Source: Candidatus Hodarchaeota archaeon (GTDB lineage: Archaea > Asgardarchaeota > Heimdallarchaeia > Hodarchaeales > Hodarchaeaceae). Taken from it: 42,227 nucleotides of DNA. Under the pieces are notes generated by a model. It did not search any database. It was given only the letters and a program-made list of their open reading frames with translations, and had not been told where the DNA came from. The stretch is taken from assembly GCA_016839815.1 (NCBI GenBank), contig JAEOTM010000173.1, positions 1 to 42,227 of the forward strand, in the 5' to 3' direction. Of the stretch, positions 28,545-37,264 are shown one piece after another; within the stretch, counting starts at the first letter, position 1; each line of letters opens with the position of its first letter. The translations under genes and the position numbers were made by a program.

Positions 28545-29675
28545 ATGTGGTTCGATTTAAATAGTAATTTCCTCTCTCAATCCTTACTTTATTATTTAGA
28601 CAATTATTATGAGGCATTAAGAGAGTTAAAAGCGTATGAATCTCCACTGATTGGTTATTTTACAAATAAGACACCTGTTGAATTACTGGATGCAATGAAT
28701 TTACAGCCAGTACGGATATTTGCGTTTAGAAGTTCAAAATCGCAGCAGGGAGCCTATGAAAGATATATTCAAACATTCGCTTGTTCATGGTTGAGAGATA
28801 TTCTTGATAATGGATTGGTTGATGGTTATTCTGATTTAAATTGTGTTCTTTTTTCTACTGGTACCTGTGATAGTCTACAGAACGTTTCTGATATCTGGCA
28901 AAAGGTTTTTCCTTCTCAATTGACCTGTAATTTGACTTTTCCTATCAGAAATGATAGTGCTGCGAGCAAATATCTCGAAAATGGATTCAAACAGCTAATA
29001 TCCTTCTTTCAAGCACAATTTGACTGTCCAACTAGTATGGACTTAAAAACCAGTATCCAGAAATTTAATCAGAAACGAGATTTACTCAATAAATATGCAC
29101 TCTTAGTTTCCACTGGTCAGCTTCGTTATTCTTCTTTTGCCAAAATTTTGTATTTTGGAGATATTTTGCACGTAGATGATTTTCTACAGATTTTTATCCC
29201 TGTATTTGAGTCACTGAACACTGGAAATCAATCATCCAGTGAAGAAAAACTACCTCGACTACTCGTCTCTGGTGGTATGTGGGATAATTTGAATTTGTTT
29301 GGCATACCAGAATTTAATGGATTGGTTGCGGATGACCTATCTTTTGGGTATCGTAATTTCTGTTATACCCTTCCTGAATCTGATTCATTAGAAACTTATT
29401 CTAAAGCTCAGATTTCTCGATTACCTGAACCTACTGTGTATGATGAGGGTCAAAGACTCAAGAGTTTAAGTAAACAAATAAGCACACATAATGTAGATGG
29501 GGTTGTTTTATTAACAATGAAATTTTGTGATCCTGATGCATTTGAACTTGTACCAATTCGGAAATACTTAGATTCAATAGATGTTCCCTATTTAAATTTA
29601 GAAACAAGTCCTGATTTGTCTAATATAGGGCAGCTTCAAACTCGTTTAGCAGCCTTTACAGAGTTATTATTATAG
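28545..29675 (+). CDS. 2-hydroxyacyl-CoA dehydratase / class I benzoyl-CoA reductase family subunit (HgdB/BcrC-like)
   Basis: PVELL, YIQTFACS, GTCDS, VDGVVLLTMKFCDP, QLQTRLAAFTE. Confidence 0.85.
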   Translation: MWFDLNSNFLSQSLLYYLDNYYEALRELKAYESPLIGYFTNKTPVELLDAMNLQPVRIFAFRSSKSQQGAYERYIQTFACSWLRDILDNGLVDGYSDLNCVLFSTGTCDSLQNVSDIWQKVFPSQLTCNLTFPIRNDSAASKYLENGFKQLISFFQAQFDCPTSMDLKTSIQKFNQKRDLLNKYALLVSTGQLRYSSFAKILYFGDILHVDDFLQIFIPVFESLNTGNQSSSEEKLPRLLVSGGMWDNLNLFGIPEFNGLVADDLSFGYRNFCYTLPESDSLETYSKAQISRLPEPTVYDEGQRLKSLSKQISTHNVDGVVLLTMKFCDPDAFELVPIRKYLDSIDVPYLNLETSPDLSNIGQLQTRLAAFTELLL

Positions 29676-29689
29676 GTGAAAACTAAAAT

Positions 29690-30955
29690 ATGAACGCAGT
29701 TGAAAAACCACGTGTTTACAGACGTCTAGCAAGTACTCAAAGCGTGAAGAATAGTCAAGCCATGTATTATTTTCAGAGTAAAAATCCATATCTTCATGAC
29801 GAGGGGAAGAAAATTGCTTGGATTACTTCTGGAGGACCAGTGGAATTTTTAGTAGCTATGGATATTGTACCACTTTATCCAGAGCAATATGGAGCAATTG
29901 CGGGAGCAGCTAAAGATAGCACTCGGTTAAGTCAAGTAGCAGAGTCTCATGGATATAGTCAAGATATTTGTGCATATGCCCGAACTTCTTTTGGGAGTAT
30001 TTTATCTCCAGATAGTCCTACTCCTCTTTCTGAAATAGATGGAGTTGGCGGATTGGCAAAACCAGATATGTTAATTTGTGGAAATAACATTTGTGGAACA
30101 GTTCTAAAGTGGTACGAAGATTTAGCACGTATCTATGATATACCATTATTTATTTTTGATACTCCTCCATTAACAGACAACGAAATTCCTTCTTATTATA
30201 TCGAGTATTTAACTACTCAAATAAATGAATATATCTCCTTTTTGGAACAACAAATGAACAAGAAAATGGATATGGAAGTTCTAACAGAGGTATTTCAGAA
30301 TTCTAAGGAAAGTATCGAGCTATGGACAAAGATATTAGACTTAGGCCAGGCAATCCCTGCACCATTAAACTGTGCAGATCGTTTTCTTCTCATGGCGCCT
30401 GTAGTATCCCAAAGAGGAACAGCTGAAACGGTTTCACTATATCAGGAAGTATTCCACGAAGTTCAGACACGAGTGGATAATCAAGAAGGGGCAATCACTG
30501 TTCCTGAGCGTTATCGTTTACTATGGGATAATATTCCAATCTGGTTCAATCTATATGATTTCTATAATACTCTTGCTCAGAAAGGGGTAGTATTTCCAGT
30601 AGATACGTACACAAATGCATGGTCTCAGAATTTTCAAGAATCAGGGGATCTTCTAAAAGATGCTGCAGTCATGTACTCCAATATTTACCTGAACAAGACT
30701 TTGCAACATAAGATTGATTTAATCAGCAAGCTAACAAAAAAATATCGGTGTGATGGAATTCTATATCATTCAATGCGATCCTGTAAGCGATATTCATTAG
30801 GTCAACCCATTACAAGAGTTGAAGTTACTGAAAAGACAAAGATTCCAGGAACATTAATTGAAGGAGATATGAATGATTCCCGTGCATATTCGGAAGGACA
30901 GGTAATGACTCGAATTGATGCACTTTTAGAATTAATTGATACACAAAGAAGTTGA
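29690..30955 (+). CDS. 2-hydroxyacyl-CoA dehydratase / class I benzoyl-CoA reductase family subunit (HgdA/BcrB-like)
   Basis: YPEQYG, GYSQDICAYAR, NNICGTVLKWYE, DGILYHSMRSCK, IEGDMNDSR, TRIDALLE; AGGTGA RBS upstream. Confidence 0.88.
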   Translation: MNAVEKPRVYRRLASTQSVKNSQAMYYFQSKNPYLHDEGKKIAWITSGGPVEFLVAMDIVPLYPEQYGAIAGAAKDSTRLSQVAESHGYSQDICAYARTSFGSILSPDSPTPLSEIDGVGGLAKPDMLICGNNICGTVLKWYEDLARIYDIPLFIFDTPPLTDNEIPSYYIEYLTTQINEYISFLEQQMNKKMDMEVLTEVFQNSKESIELWTKILDLGQAIPAPLNCADRFLLMAPVVSQRGTAETVSLYQEVFHEVQTRVDNQEGAITVPERYRLLWDNIPIWFNLYDFYNTLAQKGVVFPVDTYTNAWSQNFQESGDLLKDAAVMYSNIYLNKTLQHKIDLISKLTKKYRCDGILYHSMRSCKRYSLGQPITRVEVTEKTKIPGTLIEGDMNDSRAYSEGQVMTRIDALLELIDTQRS

Positions 30956-31061
30956 GTAAAACTATCCTTTCAAAGGTACCAACATTCATCAAATTTATAA
31001 ACAGTGATTCATTTAATTATGAATAACCGAGGTTTAAAATCGACTTCACTGGTGTAAATGA

Positions 31062-31538
31062 TTGATTCAGATTTCCGAATTAGATCCAATTTTATATCGT
31101 CAACAGATTAAACATAAATATTCTGATTATGTCTGGAATGCATATTTACATTCTGAAACTATTAAGAAATTACTTGATCAAGAACTCTTTGGCTCACTAA
31201 ACTCTGTTGTTCAATTATTCTTACAATATGTTATTAAAGAATGGGCCTGTCCTAACTGTATTCAGACAATCTTACCATTTATGACCAATTGCTACAAGGA
31301 TCTTCCCAGGAAGGGGGATATTGTATATGTATACTCGAAAGAACTCATAAGTAAGTTTCCTGTCCTTGCCTGTCCTCATTGTGAAACTCAAATTGTGGTA
31401 ATTGCTATCGATGAATATAGTGATCTCTTTGAGTTTCGATATCAGGAAATTGAAGGTAGGATTTATGATCTGTCTAACAACAGAGTATTAGCAAATTCAG
31501 AAATTAACGAATTCGGATTGATAAAACGGTCCCGCTGA
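31062..31538 (+). CDS. Hypothetical protein with two CxxC motifs (possible zinc ribbon)
   Basis: WACPNC and LACPHC; 158-aa ORF, TTG start. Confidence 0.6.
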   Translation: MIQISELDPILYRQQIKHKYSDYVWNAYLHSETIKKLLDQELFGSLNSVVQLFLQYVIKEWACPNCIQTILPFMTNCYKDLPRKGDIVYVYSKELISKFPVLACPHCETQIVVIAIDEYSDLFEFRYQEIEGRIYDLSNNRVLANSEINEFGLIKRSR

Positions 31539-31539
31539 G

Positions 31540-32112
31540 TTAAGTTCTTACAAATTTAAGGTCTTTGTTTAAGATTTTTTTACCTAATGAGATAAAAGCT
31601 TCGTTAACATTCTCCCCTGTTTTTGCAGATGTCGTAAAATGGTCAATTTCCCCCAAATACTGCTGGAATCTAGGAATAATTTGTCCAGCGATATACGTTT
31701 CAGCTTCTAATGCTGTAATAGTATTTTCACCAAGTAGATCTGACTTATTACCTAAAATATTTATTTTAACAGAAGGAGTAGCCATATGCTGAGTAAGTTC
31801 TTGAACCCAGGCACGAAGATTATGTAGGGAATTACGATCTGTGACATCATAAACTAACAATGCACCAGCAGTATGGCGATAGTAGAGTGCACGAATTTGG
31901 TTAAAAGTTGGTTGCCCTGCTAAATCCCATATTTGAAAACGAATGGATTTTTCTGTATTGTTGAAAGGGATATTCACTTGAGTAGACGCGAAGTCGGCAC
32001 CAAGGGTAGGTAAATAATCTCCTGGAACCCCTTTTCCCATATAGCGGTTTCTAAGCGAGGTTTTACCGACTTGACCATCACCGAGAAGACAAATTTTTGC
32101 GAAAACCGCCAT
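31540..32112 (-). CDS. Rab-like small GTPase (Ras superfamily)
   Basis: G1 GDGQVGKT, G2 PTLGADF, G3 WDLAGQ, YYR...GALLVYDVT, G4 GNKSD, G5 TSAK; no C-terminal Cys; ATG at 32112 preferred over 32127. Confidence 0.95.
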   Translation of the reverse strand: MAVFAKICLLGDGQVGKTSLRNRYMGKGVPGDYLPTLGADFASTQVNIPFNNTEKSIRFQIWDLAGQPTFNQIRALYYRHTAGALLVYDVTDRNSLHNLRAWVQELTQHMATPSVKINILGNKSDLLGENTITALEAETYIAGQIIPRFQQYLGEIDHFTTSAKTGENVNEAFISLGKKILNKDLKFVRT

Positions 32113-32139
32113 ATAATATCCACACAAAGATTCAAGTAT

Positions 32140-35100
32140 TCATCTTTCATCTTCGGGTACTAGAATTTTAACTTTCTCATCAATACCTTCCCAGAAAAGT
32201 TCATACTCAAGTTCGATTGGAATACGTGTAAACTTGCTGATCATGGCTTTTGCATTAGTATAGATAGTTACACCTGTAAATCTTTGAGAAGTCTGAGTAA
32301 TATACTCATCACAAAGTTTCAATAGAGATTTCACCTTCTTTGTTGTTGAGTGTCTGCTGAACGTGGTGACAATGAGTATTTTGAGTGCATTGAGAGCTAC
32401 TCGCGAGATGGGTGATTTATCTTCTCCCTTAGTTAAAAGTTGGTCAAAATATCTTACTTTCTGGAGATCAATTTTGAAAGGTTTTAACAAATCAATGGGT
32501 AAGTAGTGTCGAATTATACGCAACACTTGAGGGCTCATTATAGCCTCATCAACAATACCCAAATCGTCAAGTTTCAAATTTTGTTCTAAATCTTGTATTA
32601 TTTTGATGAAAGTAGTTCTGAGGAATTCAGAGGGGATTTCTCGCAAGAAAACGAATACTCGGTATGTTTCAGAACCCAGAATTAGAATTTGAACTTCATT
32701 TTGCTCTATCAGACTAACTTTTACATCACCAGCTTGTTGTGGAGACCGATAATCCTGATTTGAATAAACTTGATTCATAAAATCTGATTGAAAAGATTCT
32801 AGGAAAGAATCAATTCCTACTGAGAGACCACTTAAAGCCCCGTTCATCGAATCATCACCCTGATATATAACATTTGTCGTGGTTAATATTGGAACTCCCG
32901 CTGAGGACGAAACAAGGATTGTATAGGTGTTTGTCAAGAAGGAAAGTTTTTCTTGCAGTGTTTCTTTATAGGTTCTGACTTTTTGACGTCTTTTTCTTAC
33001 AGATATTGTTAAAGAACCAACAAAGGCAAGAATAATGATTAATCCTAAACTAGCTAATGCTAAGGTCTCATAGGGTATTCCAAGCTGATTCTTTCCAATA
33101 ATAAAGGTGGATCCCGTTTCTGGTCCATTAAATGTGGAAGAAGACCTATTATCAAAAGCATTAATTTCCCAAAATAGTGTACCAGATACTTTTATAGAGA
33201 TAGTTGTCACAAAATGGCTCCCGTTGTATTGCATCAGCACATTTTCTGCTTCCTGATTAATTTGACCTCCTTTTCCCGCTTCGAAGGTATAGTACAGAGT
33301 AACGTTATCAACTCCAGATCCCCAGTCTGTAATGTTGGCCCAAAATAAAAATTCTGTGCTATTTAGCGATGTATAACCTACTCCATGAAATTCTGGCTGC
33401 CATTGATCATCTATGTAAATATTTTCATACATAAGATTCGCTGCTTGATAATATCCGTAAAATACACCAAGATCAACTAGGGTTAAAGAAATTGAATATT
33501 CATGAAGAAATTCAACCTCAAAGACGAATGAATGATTATCTCCTTCTCGTATCATTAAACTGTCTGATACCACTGAAGTGCTTGTTGTAAGATCAGTAAT
33601 AGCTATAGTAACGTTAGTACATTCATCAAAAAAAGAGTCATTCACTGAAGCCCAGATTTTAACTGTTCCAGGATCAGATTGTAAATAATCAGTTCCATAA
33701 GAGTTTAAATCAAACGTTGCTGGAGTAAAATCACTCAGTTCAATATATGTATAAGTACTCGTTACATTATTTGACCATTCATCTATCACAATCATTCGAT
33801 ATCGTAAAGTGGTATTTGGTAGGAGATTGACCTTGAAAGAATAGATCTCATTTTCCCATTTCATCATTGTTGAGAAATTTGACCAACCTGCCCCTCCCTG
33901 CACGTCGTATTCAAGGACAACATGAGAAATCTCTCCAAATGTGTCTTGAGCAATTGTCCAAAAAGTAACTTCAGATGTGATATGATCTCTTTGGGTTTCG
34001 TTAAGACTTGGATATACAACAAAGATAGGTGCTGTGGTATCTATAATTTTATAAAGCTGCAACCCAGTTGATGCGATATTTCCAGCATTATCAAAGACTG
34101 TGATATTATAAGTAATAGCGTCTCGAGGCTCTCTATTAACAATTTTGTAGCAAAAATAGTTACCTGTTCCATTCCATTCCATATTAGCTGTTAGTTCATG
34201 AATATAAGCCCAGTTAAGAATAACTGATGAATTATCGACTAGTAATCCGCTTCCATTGAATCCTTCCATAACATCTGCCCAGATAATTATTGTACCATTT
34301 TGGAATTCCAGTACTCCATATTCAGTAATATCAGGAGGAGTAAAATCCTGAATTACAATAGTTTTACTTGTTTGCCCTTGATTTCCAGCAATATCAGAAA
34401 CCCAAACCATGATTGTTATTTCTTCTTGGTATGGATAAGAAAAAGAGAAATTATATGTAGAAAAGGGGTAAAATGAAGGGTCATAGGTCATTTCTCTCGT
34501 GATTGTACCCATTGATGAACTGATATTAAGGTAGAAACTACTGTTGACAAAGATTTGAGATCCATAAGGGTCAATAGCTCGAGCGAACAGATCTACTTGT
34601 CCATCATTTGTGGTGGAATTGACAAGCGTTAATGTGATCTCAGGAGGCATTGAATCAGAAAGATTGAGACTTTTTGCTGAGTCAAGAGGAGTTTGAAGAG
34701 TGTTATTTGCGGAATCAAACGCAGTTCCATAATACCATACGTCCTGTTCCTGATAAGGAAAATTTGGGTACCGATACATGAAGAAAGTATCATTGATCGG
34801 TGTCATAGAAAAATTCATCCATTCTACTGCGAAATAATCACCAGTGAATAGGATAAACGTAGAAGTATCATTATTTGGCCAGTCAGTGACACGTGTATAG
34901 AAATCTAAGGTTCCATTTCCATATTCATTAGCCCAAAAAAAGATATCTGGAATCGCATTATCATTTATGTGAAATGGGCCTCTTTTACTACTGTAAATCA
35001 TATTATCTTCTAGATCTAGTGCTTTGATCCAATAATAAATTGAATCGTTATAATTAAATGTGAACTCGTAACTAAAGGTGATCTCTCCTATTTGAGTAAT

Positions 35101-37014
35101 ATTTGAGCTGATGTTTATTCCATTAATTTCCAATACAATTTCGACACTTGTAGCATTAACACCGCTTTGATACTGATTCCAATCATCGATATTTACATCA
35201 AATTCCACATACCCTTGTTCATGTATGGAAAATGTGTCACTCAGTGAAGAAATTCTAGGAGGAGTTGTATCTATGGGTGTTATGCTTTTGAGGGGAAATA
35301 AGATTGGATAGATATTTGATCCATTTTCATTACCAACTTGATCAAACACAGAAAAAATAGTATAACCTATCTCCACTCCATAATCAAAAAGTCCAGTGTA
35401 TACCCACAATCCTGAATCTGATTTATCCATTGCAAAGTAATCTGAATTGACTTGAAGTATTACAGGGGGTTGGATTCCACTTGCATCGGTTACATTGGTA
35501 TAAAATGTAGTACTTCCATTACCAAAATCAATAGCGTCATAATTCCAAACAATAGGTGCATCAGGATCATCTAAATCAAAATATCTAATTGGAGAAGCAC
35601 TTGAATATCCGATATTGTCCTCTGCGATTATATTATAAGTAATATTAACTAATGTACCTGTTAGGGAATCTAAAGTAGTGGCATTGTAATACGTGATTCC
35701 TGAAGATGGAATCATAGTGAAATTCTGTAGAATTATTTCTACAGCTCCTGTAGTAAGATTATGGGCAGTAAGGTTCAGATAAACATAAGATAGATTGCTA
35801 AAGTCTGTCACATCGGCAAAAAACGTAGAAGTAGTCTTATTAAAGTAAATATTCGAAATAATGGGAGGGTCTTCATCAAGATAATTTTCAACAACCACAG
35901 AATAGTCAAAAGTCATTGAATCGATATAAGTCCTTGCTGGTGCGATTTCTAGATTTGTTAAGGTATTATTCGTGACCGATTTATACTTTACTTCGATATT
36001 ATACTGTCCCCACGGGATCTTTGGAAAACTACACCTACCTGAAGAAGATGTATTGAGTATCCAAGAATTAGATGAATCTAAAGAGTCAGTTAGATTAACT
36101 TGTGCATCAGCGATATTATATCCATCGAGATCTTTAACATTAACGTTAACCGTTGCATTTCCGGGAAAATCATCATAAAGAGTCCAATAAAGTGATTTTT
36201 TCCACCAATCCCATGTTGAGGAAAGAAAAAGATCTGTCTCAGGGATCCCCCAAAACACTCTTCGTTCTGGCGAAGGTTGTAAATTCCAATCTAAGTGGTT
36301 CTTATCTAGAGCCACAATCGTTGCATACTTAAGATCGTAATAAGCAAGTCTAACTGCCTCACATTCACTGGGAAAAGCGCTTACGGTATATCCCTTAAGA
36401 AAAGCTGTATCTTCCCAAGCTCCATTATAAATTTGTTTTGAACTACCAGGAGTCTCCTCACTCACAATATAATGGTTGATATCTGATGCAATATCAGACC
36501 CAGTTGGGATGGTGATAAATTCTTTCCATTTGTGATCATATAATCCATTACCCAGAGGAAATTCATCACCATGTCCTGGCTCCATAGTCAAAATGGGAAT
36601 AGAAGCGTTTGCTAAAGTCTCAACAGTACCCTCTTCTGGTACTGATCGTGAAATGACAATTGCATCATAGTTTGTATAGTCATAAGAATCATTAGCTGTA
36701 TGGTATATGACATTAAATCCCAAAGTTGAAAACATAAAATTGTAGAAATTAATGTCATATATGTTATTTAGCGAATTTTCATCTCCTACCAAGAAAAGAA
36801 TTGAAGGAGTTTGAAACGATTGCAATTTGAAGGACGGGGTTGTTAAACTTATTGCTGAGTTTGAAAAATTGCTGGAGGTAATTGGTGATTTCAAAATTGG
36901 GAGTTTTGCTTCATTTCTTATAGTTGAGTAAAGTGTATTAGTATTTAATAGAGTAGAAGAAATCTGAAGAGAGAATAAACAAATCAACAGAAGAGTTTTA
37001 GTACGGGGAGTCAC
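32140..37014 (-). CDS. Giant single-pass membrane protein (receptor A): glycosylated ectodomain, TM, cytoplasmic longin-like domain plus helical/wHTH-like end
   Basis: Signal peptide; alpha/beta N-terminal domain; carboxypeptidase-regulatory-like domain; about nine D-x-x-x-P-x-hydrophobic Ig-like repeats; TM LALASLGLIIILAFVGSLTISV then RKRRQK; tail YTILVSSSAGVP...LSGLSVGIDSFLESF. Confidence 0.82.
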   Translation of the reverse strand: MTPRTKTLLLICLFSLQISSTLLNTNTLYSTIRNEAKLPILKSPITSSNFSNSAISLTTPSFKLQSFQTPSILFLVGDENSLNNIYDINFYNFMFSTLGFNVIYHTANDSYDYTNYDAIVISRSVPEEGTVETLANASIPILTMEPGHGDEFPLGNGLYDHKWKEFITIPTGSDIASDINHYIVSEETPGSSKQIYNGAWEDTAFLKGYTVSAFPSECEAVRLAYYDLKYATIVALDKNHLDWNLQPSPERRVFWGIPETDLFLSSTWDWWKKSLYWTLYDDFPGNATVNVNVKDLDGYNIADAQVNLTDSLDSSNSWILNTSSSGRCSFPKIPWGQYNIEVKYKSVTNNTLTNLEIAPARTYIDSMTFDYSVVVENYLDEDPPIISNIYFNKTTSTFFADVTDFSNLSYVYLNLTAHNLTTGAVEIILQNFTMIPSSGITYYNATTLDSLTGTLVNITYNIIAEDNIGYSSASPIRYFDLDDPDAPIVWNYDAIDFGNGSTTFYTNVTDASGIQPPVILQVNSDYFAMDKSDSGLWVYTGLFDYGVEIGYTIFSVFDQVGNENGSNIYPILFPLKSITPIDTTPPRISSLSDTFSIHEQGYVEFDVNIDDWNQYQSGVNATSVEIVLEINGINISSNITQIGEITFSYEFTFNYNDSIYYWIKALDLEDNMIYSSKRGPFHINDNAIPDIFFWANEYGNGTLDFYTRVTDWPNNDTSTFILFTGDYFAVEWMNFSMTPINDTFFMYRYPNFPYQEQDVWYYGTAFDSANNTLQTPLDSAKSLNLSDSMPPEITLTLVNSTTNDGQVDLFARAIDPYGSQIFVNSSFYLNISSSMGTITREMTYDPSFYPFSTYNFSFSYPYQEEITIMVWVSDIAGNQGQTSKTIVIQDFTPPDITEYGVLEFQNGTIIIWADVMEGFNGSGLLVDNSSVILNWAYIHELTANMEWNGTGNYFCYKIVNREPRDAITYNITVFDNAGNIASTGLQLYKIIDTTAPIFVVYPSLNETQRDHITSEVTFWTIAQDTFGEISHVVLEYDVQGGAGWSNFSTMMKWENEIYSFKVNLLPNTTLRYRMIVIDEWSNNVTSTYTYIELSDFTPATFDLNSYGTDYLQSDPGTVKIWASVNDSFFDECTNVTIAITDLTTSTSVVSDSLMIREGDNHSFVFEVEFLHEYSISLTLVDLGVFYGYYQAANLMYENIYIDDQWQPEFHGVGYTSLNSTEFLFWANITDWGSGVDNVTLYYTFEAGKGGQINQEAENVLMQYNGSHFVTTISIKVSGTLFWEINAFDNRSSSTFNGPETGSTFIIGKNQLGIPYETLALASLGLIIILAFVGSLTISVRKRRQKVRTYKETLQEKLSFLTNTYTILVSSSAGVPILTTTNVIYQGDDSMNGALSGLSVGIDSFLESFQSDFMNQVYSNQDYRSPQQAGDVKVSLIEQNEVQILILGSETYRVFVFLREIPSEFLRTTFIKIIQDLEQNLKLDDLGIVDEAIMSPQVLRIIRHYLPIDLLKPFKIDLQKVRYFDQLLTKGEDKSPISRVALNALKILIVTTFSRHSTTKKVKSLLKLCDEYITQTSQRFTGVTIYTNAKAMISKFTRIPIELEYELFWEGIDEKVKILVPEDER

Positions 37015-37264
37015 TTTTAACCAACTAATAAGAGGGAAAAAAAATGGAAGTATATACTCTAAGTCATTAGTGAGGTGTATTATTTTAAAAATATCTAAAT
37101 AAATTATATTAGATATGGTGAATATTCAAGAATTTTCTAAAAATCAGATTTAGTTTTATTGACGAAATGTTCCATTTGAACCGTCTACAGCATCAATCTT
37201 TACCATTACAGCAAAAAACTGTTGCCACAACCAGTTAAAAATAATATCATTCATTTTGCTGGCT

